DNA of 64,000 nt from an uncultured Oscillospiraceae bacterium (GCA_934646115.1 CAKUEM010000001.1:22889-86888), one strand, 5' to 3'. Positions 25,306 to 34,488 are shown, counted from the first letter of the stretch. Notes: generated by a model from the sequence alone, not told the origin. Numbers and translations: made by a program.

Positions 25306-26298
25306 CTATGCCATGTGCGCAAGCGCTTCCGGCTTCACTTCATACTGCGGCGGCTCGCCGCACTGCAGCCGGTCCCACTCATCTGCCATATATTCCGCCA
25401 TACGCGCGCATTCCTCGCGCAAGCTGCCCGCGATATGCGGCGTTAAAAACACATTTTTCATTGTGTGAAACGGGTGTTCCGGCGCGCACGGCTCCGGATC
25501 GGTCACATCGAGCAGGGCGGTCACATCCGGCTTCTCGCGCAGCGCGCGCACAAGATCCGCCTCGACCACCTGCGCGCCGCGCCCGGTGTTAAGAAACGTC
25601 GCCCAGGGCTTCATGCGCGAAAACAGCGCGTAATTCAGCATGCCCGCGGTCTGCGCATTGTTCGGCAGGTGGTTTGAGATCACATCGCAGGTCTCAAACA
25701 GCTCCTCAAGCGAAACGCGCGCAACACCAAGCGCCTGCGCCTGCTCCTCCGGTAGGTAGGGGTCATACACGACCAGCTGCAAACGATGCGCACGCAAAAG
25801 CCCGATCACGAGCCGCCCGATCTTCCCCGCGCCGATCAGACCCACGCGCGCGTTAAAATTCCCCGGGTGCTGCAGCACATGCGCAAGCTGCTCTGCACGC
25901 CCCGGAATGCGCAGCGCCTGAAAAAAGCCTTTGTTTGCAAGCAAAATCGCCGACGCGGCGTATTCTGCAACCGGGATCCCATTCGCCGCCGCGGCATGGA
26001 AAATGCGCACGCCGCGCTGAAAAAACGGGCGCGCAAAGCGCTGCACCGTTCCCGCCGCGTAAAACACATACTGAAGCTTCGGCAGGCAGCGCGCAAGCTC
26101 CTCCTCCGTGGCGGCGGGCATACCCCATGAGGAAAACACCGCACGAACATCGCGGAATGTTTCCGGCGCGGCAAGGACGTCCGCCCAGGTGAACACCGGC
26201 TACGCACACCGCGCGCTTTGCTCCAGCCGCTCTATGACCGCGTCGGAATACACTCGCCGCAGCTGCGCCGGATCATTGGATAAAAAAATTGCCTGCAT
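25306..26298 (-). pseudogene. D-isomer-specific 2-hydroxyacid dehydrogenase gene interrupted by an in-frame TAG (26200-26202)
   Basis: ATG at 26298 has a ggagaggg RBS. It gives MQAIFLSNDPAQLRRVYSDAVIERLEQSARCA-TAG-PVFTWADV..., then GLIGAGKIGRLV (GxGxxG), NTGRG and TPHIAG. The total of about 330 codons is the normal family length. The ORF track only finds the 296-aa GTG-restart version (25306..26196). Confidence 0.6.
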
Positions 26299-26945
26299 GC
26301 TCTCACTTTCCCTCTCCTGTTTTCCGCGCGCGAGCGCCGAACTCCCTCCGCGCGATCCTCTGTGACCAGTATAGCAAGCGCACCTCGGCTTTTGTTTTCA
26401 TTTTTTGCTGATCTATGTGCAAAATTTGCTTTTATTTTTTCTTTGATTTCATTTTATCTTTGTTTAAATGTTTCTATATCCGCCACATTTCTTGTATATT
26501 TGCCTATTTTATATAAAGATAATTTGATTTTGTACTATTTAAAATATTCTTTATCTGCGCCGGGTCGCGATCTGTAAAAGCGCGCCGCAAATTTTATCGG
26601 TCGCACGCCGCTCTTTTGACAAATATTCAAAAGGCACTCCGGCTCACGCGGATCGGCATGATCCGAAGCGGCTGCACCCTCGTTTCCCTTATCGTTTTCC
26701 ATCCGCGCGGGCATGCGCCCGGCGAAATCAAAATATGCGCCAGTTCCCGTTCTCCATGCCGCTTGCCGCGCGGTGTGTTTAAGTTTAATCTGCCTCTCAA
26801 AGGACTTTTATATTACAATCACGCGCTGCCCGCAAGCGGGGGGGGGATCCCACTTGCAATCATTTGCTCTTAAACAAGCAGCTTTTGCGCCGGAAAGCCG
26901 CATATGAAAGCCATGTTTCGCCACAAGCTTTCTACGACCGGCATG

Positions 26946-26982
26946 AAAAAACCCACCGGGAAACATACCGTTTCCCGGTGGG
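26946..26982 (-). terminator. Intrinsic terminator of pck (usable in both directions)
   Basis: cccaccgggaaac-atacc-gtttcccggtggg forms a 13-bp stem. It is flanked by aaaaaa on the left and ttctgttatttttt on the right. Confidence 0.8.
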
Positions 26983-26997
26983 TTCTGTTATTTTTTC

Positions 26998-28761
26998 TTA
27001 CTTCGCAAGGCGCTCTTTCAGCGCGTTGAGCTGACGGGTCATCTCCGCCGGCATGCGGTCGAACTTCGCATAGAACTCTTCCAAGCCCTTCACGTCGTCC
27101 TTCCACAGCTCCGGATCCACGGTGAGCAGAGCCTTAAGCGTATCGCGGCTGACCTCATCCTCGATGCCCTCCAGGTTGATATCCTCAACCTTCGGAACAT
27201 AACCGATCGGGGTAACGTCTGCATCGACCTTGCCCTCGCAGCGGTTGATGATCCACTCAAGCACGCGCATGTTATCGCCATAGCCCGGCCACATGAAGTT
27301 GCCGTTCTCATCAAGACGGAACCAGTTGGTATGGAAGATTTTCGGCTGCTTCTTGATCTTCTCGCCCATCTCGATCCAGTGCGCAAAATAGTCGCCCATG
27401 TTGTAGCCGCAGAACGGCAGCATCGCCATCGGATCACGGCGGACAACGCCGACCGCGCCCGAAGCCGCAGCCGTGGTCTCACTTGCCATTGCGGAGCCTA
27501 CGAACACGCCATGATTCCAGTCAAAGGACTGATAAACCAGCGGAGCGGTCTTCGCGCGGCGACCGCCAAAGATGATCGCCGAGATCTCAACGCCGTTCGG
27601 CGCTTCAAACTGATCGGAAATGCAGGGGCACTGCTTCGCCGGAGCGGTGAAGCGGCTGTTCGGATGCGCGCCCTTGCCGGTGCCGTCCCACTTCTCGCCC
27701 TTCCAGGTGAGCGCGTTCTTCGGCGGGTTCTTGTCAAGACCTTCCCACCAAACGGTGTTGTCCTCCAGATTATGCACCACGTTCGTAAAGATCGTGTTCT
27801 TCTGGCAGGTAAGCAGCGCGTTCGGGTTGGACTTCATGTTCGTGCCCGGCGCAACGCCAAAGAAGCCAGCCTCCGGGTTGATCGCGCGGAGCTCGCCATT
27901 CTCGCCCACGCGCATCCAAGCGATATCATCGCCCACGCACCAGATCTTATAGCCCTTCTTCTTATAGCCCTCCGGCGGGATCAGCATAGCCAGATTGGTC
28001 TTGCCGCAAGCAGACGGGAACGCCGCCGCAACATACTTGGTCTCACCGTTCGGCTTCTCCACGCCGAGGATGAGCATATGCTCTGCCATCCAGCCCTCGT
28101 TCTTGCCCTGATAGGACGCGATACGAAGCGCGAAGCACTTCTTGCCGAGCAGAACGTTTCCGCCGTAACCGGAGTTGATGCTCCAGATCGTGTTGTCCTG
28201 CGGGAAGTGAACGATATAGCGGTTCTCCTCATCGAGCTGTGCCTTGGAGTGCAGACCATGCACGAAATCCGTGCTGTCGCCCAGAACGTCAAGCACCTTC
28301 TGCCCGATGCGGGTCATGATCGCCATGTTAAGAACAACGTAAATCGAATCGGTCAGCTCGATGCCGATCTTCGCGAACGGACTGCCGACTGCGCCCATGC
28401 TGAACGGGATGACATACATGGTTCTGCCCTTCATCGCGCCGTCAAACAGCTTGCCGAGCTTCTCATAGGTTTCCTTCGGGTCCATCCAGTTGTTGGTCGG
28501 GCCTGCCTCTTCCTTGGTCGGCGCGCAGATAAAGGTTCTGCCCTCAACGCGTGCCACGTCGTTGACCGCGGTTCTGTGCAGGTAGCACCCCGGTAATTTT
28601 TCCTCGTTTAATTTGATCATTTCGCCGGTAGAGACCGCCTCGGCACGGAGCGCATCCAACTGCGCCTCGCTGCCATCGATCCAAACTACCTTGTCCGGCT
28701 TGGTCAGCTGAACCATTTCGTCTACCCAGCTATTGACCGCCGTGTTTTTCGTTAAACTCAT
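26998..28761 (-). CDS. pck: Phosphoenolpyruvate carboxykinase (GTP)
   Basis: 587 aa with the GTP-PEPCK kinase-1a motif FPSACGKTN, plus full-length family features. Confidence 0.95.
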   Translation of the reverse strand: MSLTKNTAVNSWVDEMVQLTKPDKVVWIDGSEAQLDALRAEAVSTGEMIKLNEEKLPGCYLHRTAVNDVARVEGRTFICAPTKEEAGPTNNWMDPKETYEKLGKLFDGAMKGRTMYVIPFSMGAVGSPFAKIGIELTDSIYVVLNMAIMTRIGQKVLDVLGDSTDFVHGLHSKAQLDEENRYIVHFPQDNTIWSINSGYGGNVLLGKKCFALRIASYQGKNEGWMAEHMLILGVEKPNGETKYVAAAFPSACGKTNLAMLIPPEGYKKKGYKIWCVGDDIAWMRVGENGELRAINPEAGFFGVAPGTNMKSNPNALLTCQKNTIFTNVVHNLEDNTVWWEGLDKNPPKNALTWKGEKWDGTGKGAHPNSRFTAPAKQCPCISDQFEAPNGVEISAIIFGGRRAKTAPLVYQSFDWNHGVFVGSAMASETTAAASGAVGVVRRDPMAMLPFCGYNMGDYFAHWIEMGEKIKKQPKIFHTNWFRLDENGNFMWPGYGDNMRVLEWIINRCEGKVDADVTPIGYVPKVEDINLEGIEDEVSRDTLKALLTVDPELWKDDVKGLEEFYAKFDRMPAEMTRQLNALKERLAK

Positions 28762-28798
28762 GTCTCTGCTCCTTTCTAATGCTCATTCACCGTCATCT

Positions 28799-28827
28799 AT
28801 TATATTTATTTTCTCGCACTTTTGCAA
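28799..28827 (-). promoter_or_regulatory. Sigma-A promoter of pck
   Basis: Minus strand reads TTGCAA (28827-28822), a 17-nt spacer, then TATAAT (28804-28799). It lies about 38 nt upstream of the ATG, with aaaggag in between. Confidence 0.55.
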
Positions 28828-28863
28828 GAGGAAAACGCGCGAAATTCATAAATTGTTAATTTT

Positions 28864-29742
28864 TTAGCAAGAAGCCGCCGATTTGCGCGCAGAATATAGC
28901 ACATTCGCTATATCGGCAAACCGCGCAAGCGAGAGCGTTTCGCCGCGCACGCGCGGATCGACTCCCGCCTGCGTGAGCAGCTCTGCAAGCCTTTCCTTGC
29001 TCCATTCGGCGAAAAACGCGGCGGAAAGCCCGTTTAAAAGCTGCTTCCTGCGCTGCGCAAACGATGCGCGCACCACGCGGAAGAACAACGCCTCGTCACA
29101 CACATCGACCGGCGGCGCCTTGCGCACATGCAGCCGGACGACCGCGCTTGACACCTTGGGCTGCGGCACGAAGCAGCCGCGCGGCACCTCAAATAAAATC
29201 TCAGGCTCAGAATAATATTGCACAAACACGGTAAACGCGCCGTAATCCGCCGTGCCCGGCGCGGCACAGAGCCGCAGAGCGACCTCCTTTTGCATCATCA
29301 CAGTGATCGCGTCAAACAGGCGGCTTTCCAAAAGCCGCGTGAGGATCGGCGTGGTAATATAATATGGTAGGTTCGCGCACACCAGCCGCCGCAGTCCTCC
29401 GAAATATTCTTCGACCAGCGCGGGCAGATCCGCCTTTAAAATGTCCTGATGCACCACGGTCACGTTTTCGCAGCCGGCAAGCGTTTCGTCAAGCACGGGC
29501 AGAAGCGCCGCATCGACCTCGACCGCAACCACGCGCTTCGCCGCGCGAGACAGTTCCCGCGTGAGGCAGCCCATCCCCGGTCCGATCTCCAAAACGCCGG
29601 CGCTCTCATCGATCTCCGAACGCGCGGTGATCTCCTGCGGGACCCACGCCGCGGTCAAAAAATTCTGCCCCAGCGCTTTGGAAAAATGAAAGCCATGCCG
29701 TTCTAGTATGTCCCGAATGTTCCCTATTTTATACAAATCCAT
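28864..29742 (-). CDS. rsmA: 16S rRNA (adenine1518/1519-N6)-dimethyltransferase
   Basis: Motifs LGQNFL and EIGPGMGCLT. The start is MDLYK at 29742. The longer 387-aa ORF reads through two tRNA genes. Confidence 0.9.
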   Translation of the reverse strand: MDLYKIGNIRDILERHGFHFSKALGQNFLTAAWVPQEITARSEIDESAGVLEIGPGMGCLTRELSRAAKRVVAVEVDAALLPVLDETLAGCENVTVVHQDILKADLPALVEEYFGGLRRLVCANLPYYITTPILTRLLESRLFDAITVMMQKEVALRLCAAPGTADYGAFTVFVQYYSEPEILFEVPRGCFVPQPKVSSAVVRLHVRKAPPVDVCDEALFFRVVRASFAQRRKQLLNGLSAAFFAEWSKERLAELLTQAGVDPRVRGETLSLARFADIANVLYSARKSAASC

Positions 29743-29823
29743 ACGCAAAACCCCGACATCCCGCGCGCGGGTAATCAAACAAAAAACGCCTGCGAAGGAA
29801 ACTCCCCTCGCAGGCGATCGAGC

Positions 29824-29898
29824 TGGTGACCCGTAGGAGAATCGAACTCCTGTTACCGCCGTGAAAGGGCGGTGTCTTAACCGCTTGACCAACGGGCC
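29824..29898 (-). tRNA. tRNA-Glu (anticodon UUC)
   Basis: Reverse complement is GGCCCGTTGGTCAAGCGGTTAAGACACCGCCCTTTCACGGCGGTAACAGGAGTTCGATTCTCCTACGGGTCACCA. Confidence 0.9.
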
Positions 29899-29938
29899 AA
29901 AAGAATAGGAGCGAAACAATTCGCTCCCATCAAAAAAA

Positions 29939-30015
29939 TGGTAGCGGCAGCTGGATTTGAACCAGTGACCGTTCGGGTATGAACCGAATGCTCTAGCCAG
30001 CTGAGCTATGCCGCC
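29939..30015 (-). tRNA. tRNA-Met (anticodon CAU), elongator-like
   Basis: Reverse complement is GGCGGCATAGCTCAGCTGGCTAGAGCATTCGGTTCATACCCGAACGGTCACTGGTTCAAATCCAGCTGCCGCTACCA. G1-C72 is paired and the anticodon stem has no GGG/CCC run, so it is not an initiator. A lysidine-modified tRNA-Ile2 cannot be excluded. Confidence 0.85.
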
Positions 30016-30160
30016 ATATAAAGCCATAAGGCAAAAGTTATTTTAATATAAAAGCCCGGAATTGTCAACACCTAATTTTAATTTTTCGCGGCATCGGGTT
30101 TAATTTCCCCAAAAAGCAGGCAAAATAAACGCAAAGAAAGCTGCAAAGCGAGGGGGTATT

Positions 30161-30880
30161 ATGCGTAAAATCGCCCTATTTTTCCTTCTTTTTCTTCCTT
30201 TTTTGCGTTTCGCGGCGGCGGAAGAGAATTTTTATTTAAACACGCGCACGCCGCCGCAAAAGCTGATCCCAAGCACGCTTTCCTGCACATTGCAGCCCGG
30301 GGAAAGCGCGCGCCTCACGGTCGACCTGCTGCCGCGCGGCGCCGACGCAACGCGGCTCGCCTGGTCGATCACGCCGTCTGACGGGCTCGCCGCGATCCTT
30401 TGGAACGAGGGGAGCTGCACCGTGCAGGCGCGCGGCGAAGGGACCGGGCTTCTCACCGTGCGCGATCCGGACGGCGCACAATGCGAGATCCGGCTGACCG
30501 TGCGCCGCGCCGCCGCGTCGCTGCGTCTGAGCGCCACGGCGGAGACCGTGCAGATCGGCGACGAGGTGCGCATCCGCGCGCTCGCCGAGCCGGCGGACGC
30601 CGAGATCGTTTGGAGCGTGGACGCGCAGGACGCGGGCGCGGTGTCATACGGCGGGTCGCTCTGCAAAATTCAGGCCGCAGCGCCCGGCGCGATCCATGTG
30701 CGCGCGGATATCCGCGGCAGCGGCGTGCATTCTGACTACACGCTGCGCGTTTTGCCCGCGCAAACGCAGCCGCCCGCGGTGCTAACGCTTGCTTCACGCG
30801 CGCTGTTCTGCGGCGCGGCGGCGCTGCTCACGCTTGCGCTTGGGCTGTTTTTGTTTCAGAAAGCGAGGCGAATTGGATGA
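30161..30880 (+). CDS. Secreted Ig-like (Big_2-type) repeat protein with a C-terminal TM anchor
   Basis: A signal peptide, two beta-rich Ig-like segments of about 80 aa, and a C-terminal hydrophobic helix followed by KARRIG. Confidence 0.65.
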   Translation: MRKIALFFLLFLPFLRFAAAEENFYLNTRTPPQKLIPSTLSCTLQPGESARLTVDLLPRGADATRLAWSITPSDGLAAILWNEGSCTVQARGEGTGLLTVRDPDGAQCEIRLTVRRAAASLRLSATAETVQIGDEVRIRALAEPADAEIVWSVDAQDAGAVSYGGSLCKIQAAAPGAIHVRADIRGSGVHSDYTLRVLPAQTQPPAVLTLASRALFCGAAALLTLALGLFLFQKARRIG

Positions 30881-31233
30881 AAAAGCGACTGCCCTATGTG
30901 ATCACCGGGCTTCTTGCCGGCATCCCGAACGGGTTTTTCGGCGCGGGCGGCGGCATGATCCTGGTGCCGCTGTTTTGCCGCTGGCTGAAGCTGCCCGAAA
31001 AGAAGGCGTTTGCCACCTCGGTCGCCGTTATTCTGCCGATGTGCGTTGCATCCGCCATCATTTATCTGATCCGGCAGGACTTTGCGCTGACGGATGCGGT
31101 CCCGTTTCTGATCGGCGGTCTCGCGGGCGGGATCTTGAGCGGGCTGATTTTTAAAAAAGTCCCCACCGGGCTTTTGCACAAGGCGCTCGGGCTGTTTATT
31201 ATTTACGGTGGAGTGAGGAGTCTTTTCTTTTGA
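30877..31233 (+). CDS. TauE/SafE (TSUP) family transporter, N-terminal half-size protein
   Basis: 118 aa, about 4 TM segments, GAGGGMILVPLF motif. Confidence 0.75.
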   Translation: MKKRLPYVITGLLAGIPNGFFGAGGGMILVPLFCRWLKLPEKKAFATSVAVILPMCVASAIIYLIRQDFALTDAVPFLIGGLAGGILSGLIFKKVPTGLLHKALGLFIIYGGVRSLFF

Positions 31234-31592
31234 ATTTCTTTCTTTCCGCGCTGATCGGCGCGCTGACCGGGATCCTCTCCGGCTTTGGGATCGGCGGCGG
31301 CACGCTGCTGATCATCGCGATGACCACGTTTGGCGGCGCAAGCCAAATCACGGCGCAGGGCGTGAATCTGCTTTACTTTTTGCCCACGGCGGGCGCATCG
31401 CTCATCGGGCATATCAAAAACCGCCTGATCGACCGCGAGGCGCTTCTCTGGACCGCGCTTCCCGGCACGCTCGCCACCGCCGCAAGCTCAATCTTTCTCG
31501 GCACGCTGGACGCCGCATGGGTGCGCCGCCTGTTCGGCGCGTTTCTGCTCGTGATCGGCGTGTCCGAGCTGTTTCGCCGCCCGAAGAGCTAG
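31230..31592 (+). CDS. TauE/SafE (TSUP) family transporter, C-terminal half-size protein
   Basis: 120 aa, about 4 TM segments, GFGIGGGTLLI motif. The TTG start overlaps the upstream TGA, and a gagtgaggag RBS is present. Confidence 0.75.
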   Translation: MNFFLSALIGALTGILSGFGIGGGTLLIIAMTTFGGASQITAQGVNLLYFLPTAGASLIGHIKNRLIDREALLWTALPGTLATAASSIFLGTLDAAWVRRLFGAFLLVIGVSELFRRPKS

Positions 31593-31670
31593 CGCGGCAA
31601 ACGCCTTGTGTTTCGCGCGGCGGTGTGATAGTATTATAATAGAATTTATGAATTCAAGTTGGGTGCTTTT

Positions 31671-32657
31671 ATGAAAAAAATATGCCTTGTGCTCTCGCTT
31701 CTTCTCCTGCTCTCCTCCTGCGGCGCAAAGCCGCATTCGCGCACGCTGTTTTTGATGGACACCGTGATGCAGCTGACCGTATACGGCGACGACGCGGAGG
31801 ACGCGCTTGCCGAATCGGAGCAGATCCTCGCGGAATATGACCGCGCATGCTCGCCCACAGAGGGCGAAACGCCGGCGCTCAATCAGGCGCAGGGCGGCGC
31901 GCTCTCGCCCATTTTGGGCGATGTACTGGCGCAATCCCTTGCGCTTAGCGAAGAAACCAACGGCGCGTTTGACCCGGCACTCGGACGGTTGATTGCGCTT
32001 TGGCAGGCGCAAACCGTTCCGGACACAGCGGCGCTTTCCGCCGCAAAACGCGCATCCGGTCACGATAAGGTCTCGCTTTCTGCCGACCGCTCGTCCCTCA
32101 CACTGCGCGACGGCGCAACGCTGCATTTCGGCGCGATCGCAAAGGGCGCGGCAAGCGACGCGCTGTATCGTGCGCTCACCGCGCGCGGCATAAAAAGCGC
32201 GATCCTGTCGCTCGGCGGGAACGTGGTTGCCCTCGGCGCGAAGCCGGATGGCAGCGACTGGACGGTCGGCGTGCGCGATCCGGACGGCGGCGAAAACGAC
32301 TATCTGGCCACGATCCCGGTCACGGACCGTTTTGTGGTGTCCTCCGGCGATTATGAACGATTTTTTGAGCAGGACGGCGTGCGTTATCATCATATTTTAG
32401 ACCCGAAAACCGGCTATCCCGCGCAAAATGACCTGCGTTCGACCGTGATTGTTGCAAAAAACGGCGCAATGGCGGACGCATACTCCACGGCACTTTTCGT
32501 CATGGGCAGCGCCGCCGCGCTGGATTTCTGGCGCGCGCACAGCGCGGATTTCGAGCTGATTTTAATTCTGAAAAACAAAAAAATCATTGTGTCGGAGGGT
32601 CTTTCCGGCTTCCGGCTGACGAATGGAGCGTATACATATGAAGTGGCGCATCGCTGA
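31671..32657 (+). CDS. apbE: FAD:protein FMN transferase (ApbE), lipoprotein
   Basis: Lipobox LLSSCG. Motifs FDPALGRLI, SSGDYERFF and HHILDPKTG. Confidence 0.9.
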   Translation: MKKICLVLSLLLLLSSCGAKPHSRTLFLMDTVMQLTVYGDDAEDALAESEQILAEYDRACSPTEGETPALNQAQGGALSPILGDVLAQSLALSEETNGAFDPALGRLIALWQAQTVPDTAALSAAKRASGHDKVSLSADRSSLTLRDGATLHFGAIAKGAASDALYRALTARGIKSAILSLGGNVVALGAKPDGSDWTVGVRDPDGGENDYLATIPVTDRFVVSSGDYERFFEQDGVRYHHILDPKTGYPAQNDLRSTVIVAKNGAMADAYSTALFVMGSAAALDFWRAHSADFELILILKNKKIIVSEGLSGFRLTNGAYTYEVAHR

Positions 32658-32982
32658 TTTCATTGTGATCGGTGTCGTTCTCGCAGCGGCGGCGGCAATT
32701 TGGCTGTATCCTCTGCACACGGCGCCCGGCGGCGCGGTGACGCTGGAGGCGGACGGCGCGGCACAAACGCTCTCGCTCGCAGAGAATCAAACGCTTACGC
32801 TGCCGCATGCGACGGTCACGATAGCGGGTGGGCGCTGCGCGATCACGCAGGCGGATTGCCCGGACCAGGTCTGCGTAAAAACCGGATGGATCTCGCGCGG
32901 CGGGCAGTCGATCGTTTGCGTGCCGAACCGGATCGTGATCACGGTCTCCGGCGGCGCGGCGGTCGACGCGGTCACGCAGTGA
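32638..32982 (+). CDS. NusG domain II-containing small membrane-anchored protein
   Basis: An N-terminal TM segment and the motif DCPDQVCVKTGWI. This family is commonly adjacent to ApbE. Confidence 0.7.
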   Translation: MKWRIADFIVIGVVLAAAAAIWLYPLHTAPGGAVTLEADGAAQTLSLAENQTLTLPHATVTIAGGRCAITQADCPDQVCVKTGWISRGGQSIVCVPNRIVITVSGGAAVDAVTQ

Positions 32983-32995
32983 GGGAGGCGGCGCT

Positions 32996-33532
32996 ATGAT
33001 CGATTTATATTGCGCGCCCGTTTCCAGCCCACGTGCCCGGCATGCGGTGGGCGAGCAGCTGCTGCGCCGCGAGGCGGCGCGGCGGCTTGGCATCGCGCAA
33101 GACGCGGTGTCGATCACGCGCGGCGCATATGGAAAGCCGGAAATCGCAGGGCTGTGCTGCAATCTTTCGCACTCAGGCGAGCTTGCAGTGTGCGCGTTTG
33201 CCTCCTGCCCTGTCGGCGTGGATATCGAGCGCATATCCGCCGCGCGGGTGCGCGTGGCGGAGCGCGCGTTTCATCCGGAGGAGCGCGCCCGCCTGCACGC
33301 CGCCGCGCCCGATGCGCGCGACCGACTGTTTTTTGAGATCTGGACGCGCAAGGAGGCATTTTTAAAATGCTCTGGTCGCGGCATCACGCGGGATCTGGCC
33401 GCGCTCAATGTGTTTGCGCTTGACCCGCGGCTGTTTCATGTCGGCACGATGGGCGACTATGCGCTCGCCGTTTGCACCGCCCGCCCGGAGGCGCTTGGTG
33501 CATGCACATGTTCTATCAACTGGCGCGCGTAA
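32996..33532 (+). CDS. 4'-phosphopantetheinyl transferase (Sfp-type)
   Basis: Motifs YGKPE, NLSHSG, VGVDIE and WTRKEAFLK. Confidence 0.8.
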   Translation: MIDLYCAPVSSPRARHAVGEQLLRREAARRLGIAQDAVSITRGAYGKPEIAGLCCNLSHSGELAVCAFASCPVGVDIERISAARVRVAERAFHPEERARLHAAAPDARDRLFFEIWTRKEAFLKCSGRGITRDLAALNVFALDPRLFHVGTMGDYALAVCTARPEALGACTCSINWRA

Positions 33533-33554
33533 TGCCGCCGAGAAAGGGCTTATT

Positions 33555-34079
33555 ATGGAAGGACTTGTTCATATTTATATCGGCGACGGAAAGGGCAAAA
33601 CCACTGCCGCACTAGGGCTTGCGCTGCGTGCCGCGGGCGCTGGGCTTTCGGTCTGGTACTGCCAGTTTTTAAAGCAGGAGGAATCCTGCGAGCTGGCGGC
33701 GCTCGCGCATGTGCCGAACATCACGGTGCAAAAGGGCGAGCCGACGGATGGGTTTTTGTTTGCTATGGACGAGGCGCAGCGTGCGCACGCGCTTGAGAGC
33801 GCGCGGCGGCGGCTTGCGCGCGCCCGCGAAGCGATGGAAAGCGGGCGGTATGACATGGTCGTTCTGGATGAATTTTTATGGCTTCTCACCAATGACGCGG
33901 TCACGGCCGAAGAAGCTCTCGCGATGATCGCGGCGCGAAGCCGCGGCTGCGAGCTGGTTTTGACCGGAGGCTTTGCGCCGGATGAGCTGATCGACGCGGC
34001 GGATTATGTATCCGAGATCGCAAAGCGAAAGCATCCGTTTGACCGTGACCTGCCCGCGCGGCGCGGCATTGAATTTTAG
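33555..34079 (+). CDS. cobO: Cob(I)yrinic acid a,c-diamide adenosyltransferase (CobA/CobO/BtuR type)
   Basis: P-loop GDGKGKTTAALG. 174 aa. An agaaaggg RBS is present. Confidence 0.85.
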   Translation: MEGLVHIYIGDGKGKTTAALGLALRAAGAGLSVWYCQFLKQEESCELAALAHVPNITVQKGEPTDGFLFAMDEAQRAHALESARRRLARAREAMESGRYDMVVLDEFLWLLTNDAVTAEEALAMIAARSRGCELVLTGGFAPDELIDAADYVSEIAKRKHPFDRDLPARRGIEF

Positions 34080-34334
34080 CTATCCCGCCGGGGTCATCCG
34101 AAACGTGCGCGCCGCGCCCGGACAGAACTCCGCAATATGGCGCGGATAAAACCCGCATCGGCTGATCACAAGCCCGACCGCGCCGCACACCGGCGGCAGC
34201 GCGATGCGGAATGTTCCGTCCGCCGCCGTTTGCGCGCGCAGGCGCAGACCCTTAAATTTCAGGCAAACGCGAGCTCCGGCGATCGGGACGTTTGTGTCGC
34301 GGTCCAGCACGCGGCCGGTCAGATATTGCTGCAT
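34080..34334 (-). CDS. Small carboxypeptidase-regulatory-like domain protein (84 aa)
   Basis: GRVLDRDTNVPIAGARV...TAADGTF resembles the CarboxypepD_reg fold signature. A ggggagg RBS is present. Confidence 0.45.
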   Translation of the reverse strand: MQQYLTGRVLDRDTNVPIAGARVCLKFKGLRLRAQTAADGTFRIALPPVCGAVGLVISRCGFYPRHIAEFCPGAARTFRMTPAG

Positions 34335-34390
34335 TGTTTCGCCTCCCCGCTCGTTTTCGTCTTTGATACTGTATGCTTGCCCCGCACCGC

Positions 34391-34410
34391 AATATTCACA
34401 AAATATTCAC
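34391..34410 (+). promoter_or_regulatory. Tandem direct repeat AATATTCAC x2 at 11-bp phasing; candidate OmpR-family operator
   Basis: Copies lie at 34391-34399 and 34402-34410. An inverted half site GTGAAATA is at 34420-34427. TATAAT is at 34431-34436, about 50 nt upstream of the RR start. Confidence 0.3.
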
Positions 34411-34488
34411 GCATCCGGCGTGAAATAGTGTATAATAAAGTAAAATATTGCTTTTTGGCGCATTTGCGCGGAAAAGGGGGAACTGTTT

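Noticed and set aside
26362-26577. A 71-aa hydrophobic ORF in the AT-rich island.
   Set aside because: Its Phe/Leu/Ile richness is what an AT-rich non-coding stretch translates to. It has a GTG start, no RBS and no support.
27331-28596. A 421-aa ORF antisense to pck. Similar long antisense ORFs occur at 6825-7748, 21970-23253, 24574-25446, 40133-41125, 55116-56297 and 62309-62920.
   Set aside because: - These are typical high-GC shadow ORFs, Arg/Ala/His-rich with no RBS.
- In each case the opposite strand encodes an unambiguous, motif-bearing protein.
28864-30027. A 387-aa ORF extending rsmA upstream.
   Set aside because: The N-terminal 95 codons are the translation of the tRNA-Met and tRNA-Glu genes. 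The true rsmA start is MDLYK at 29742.
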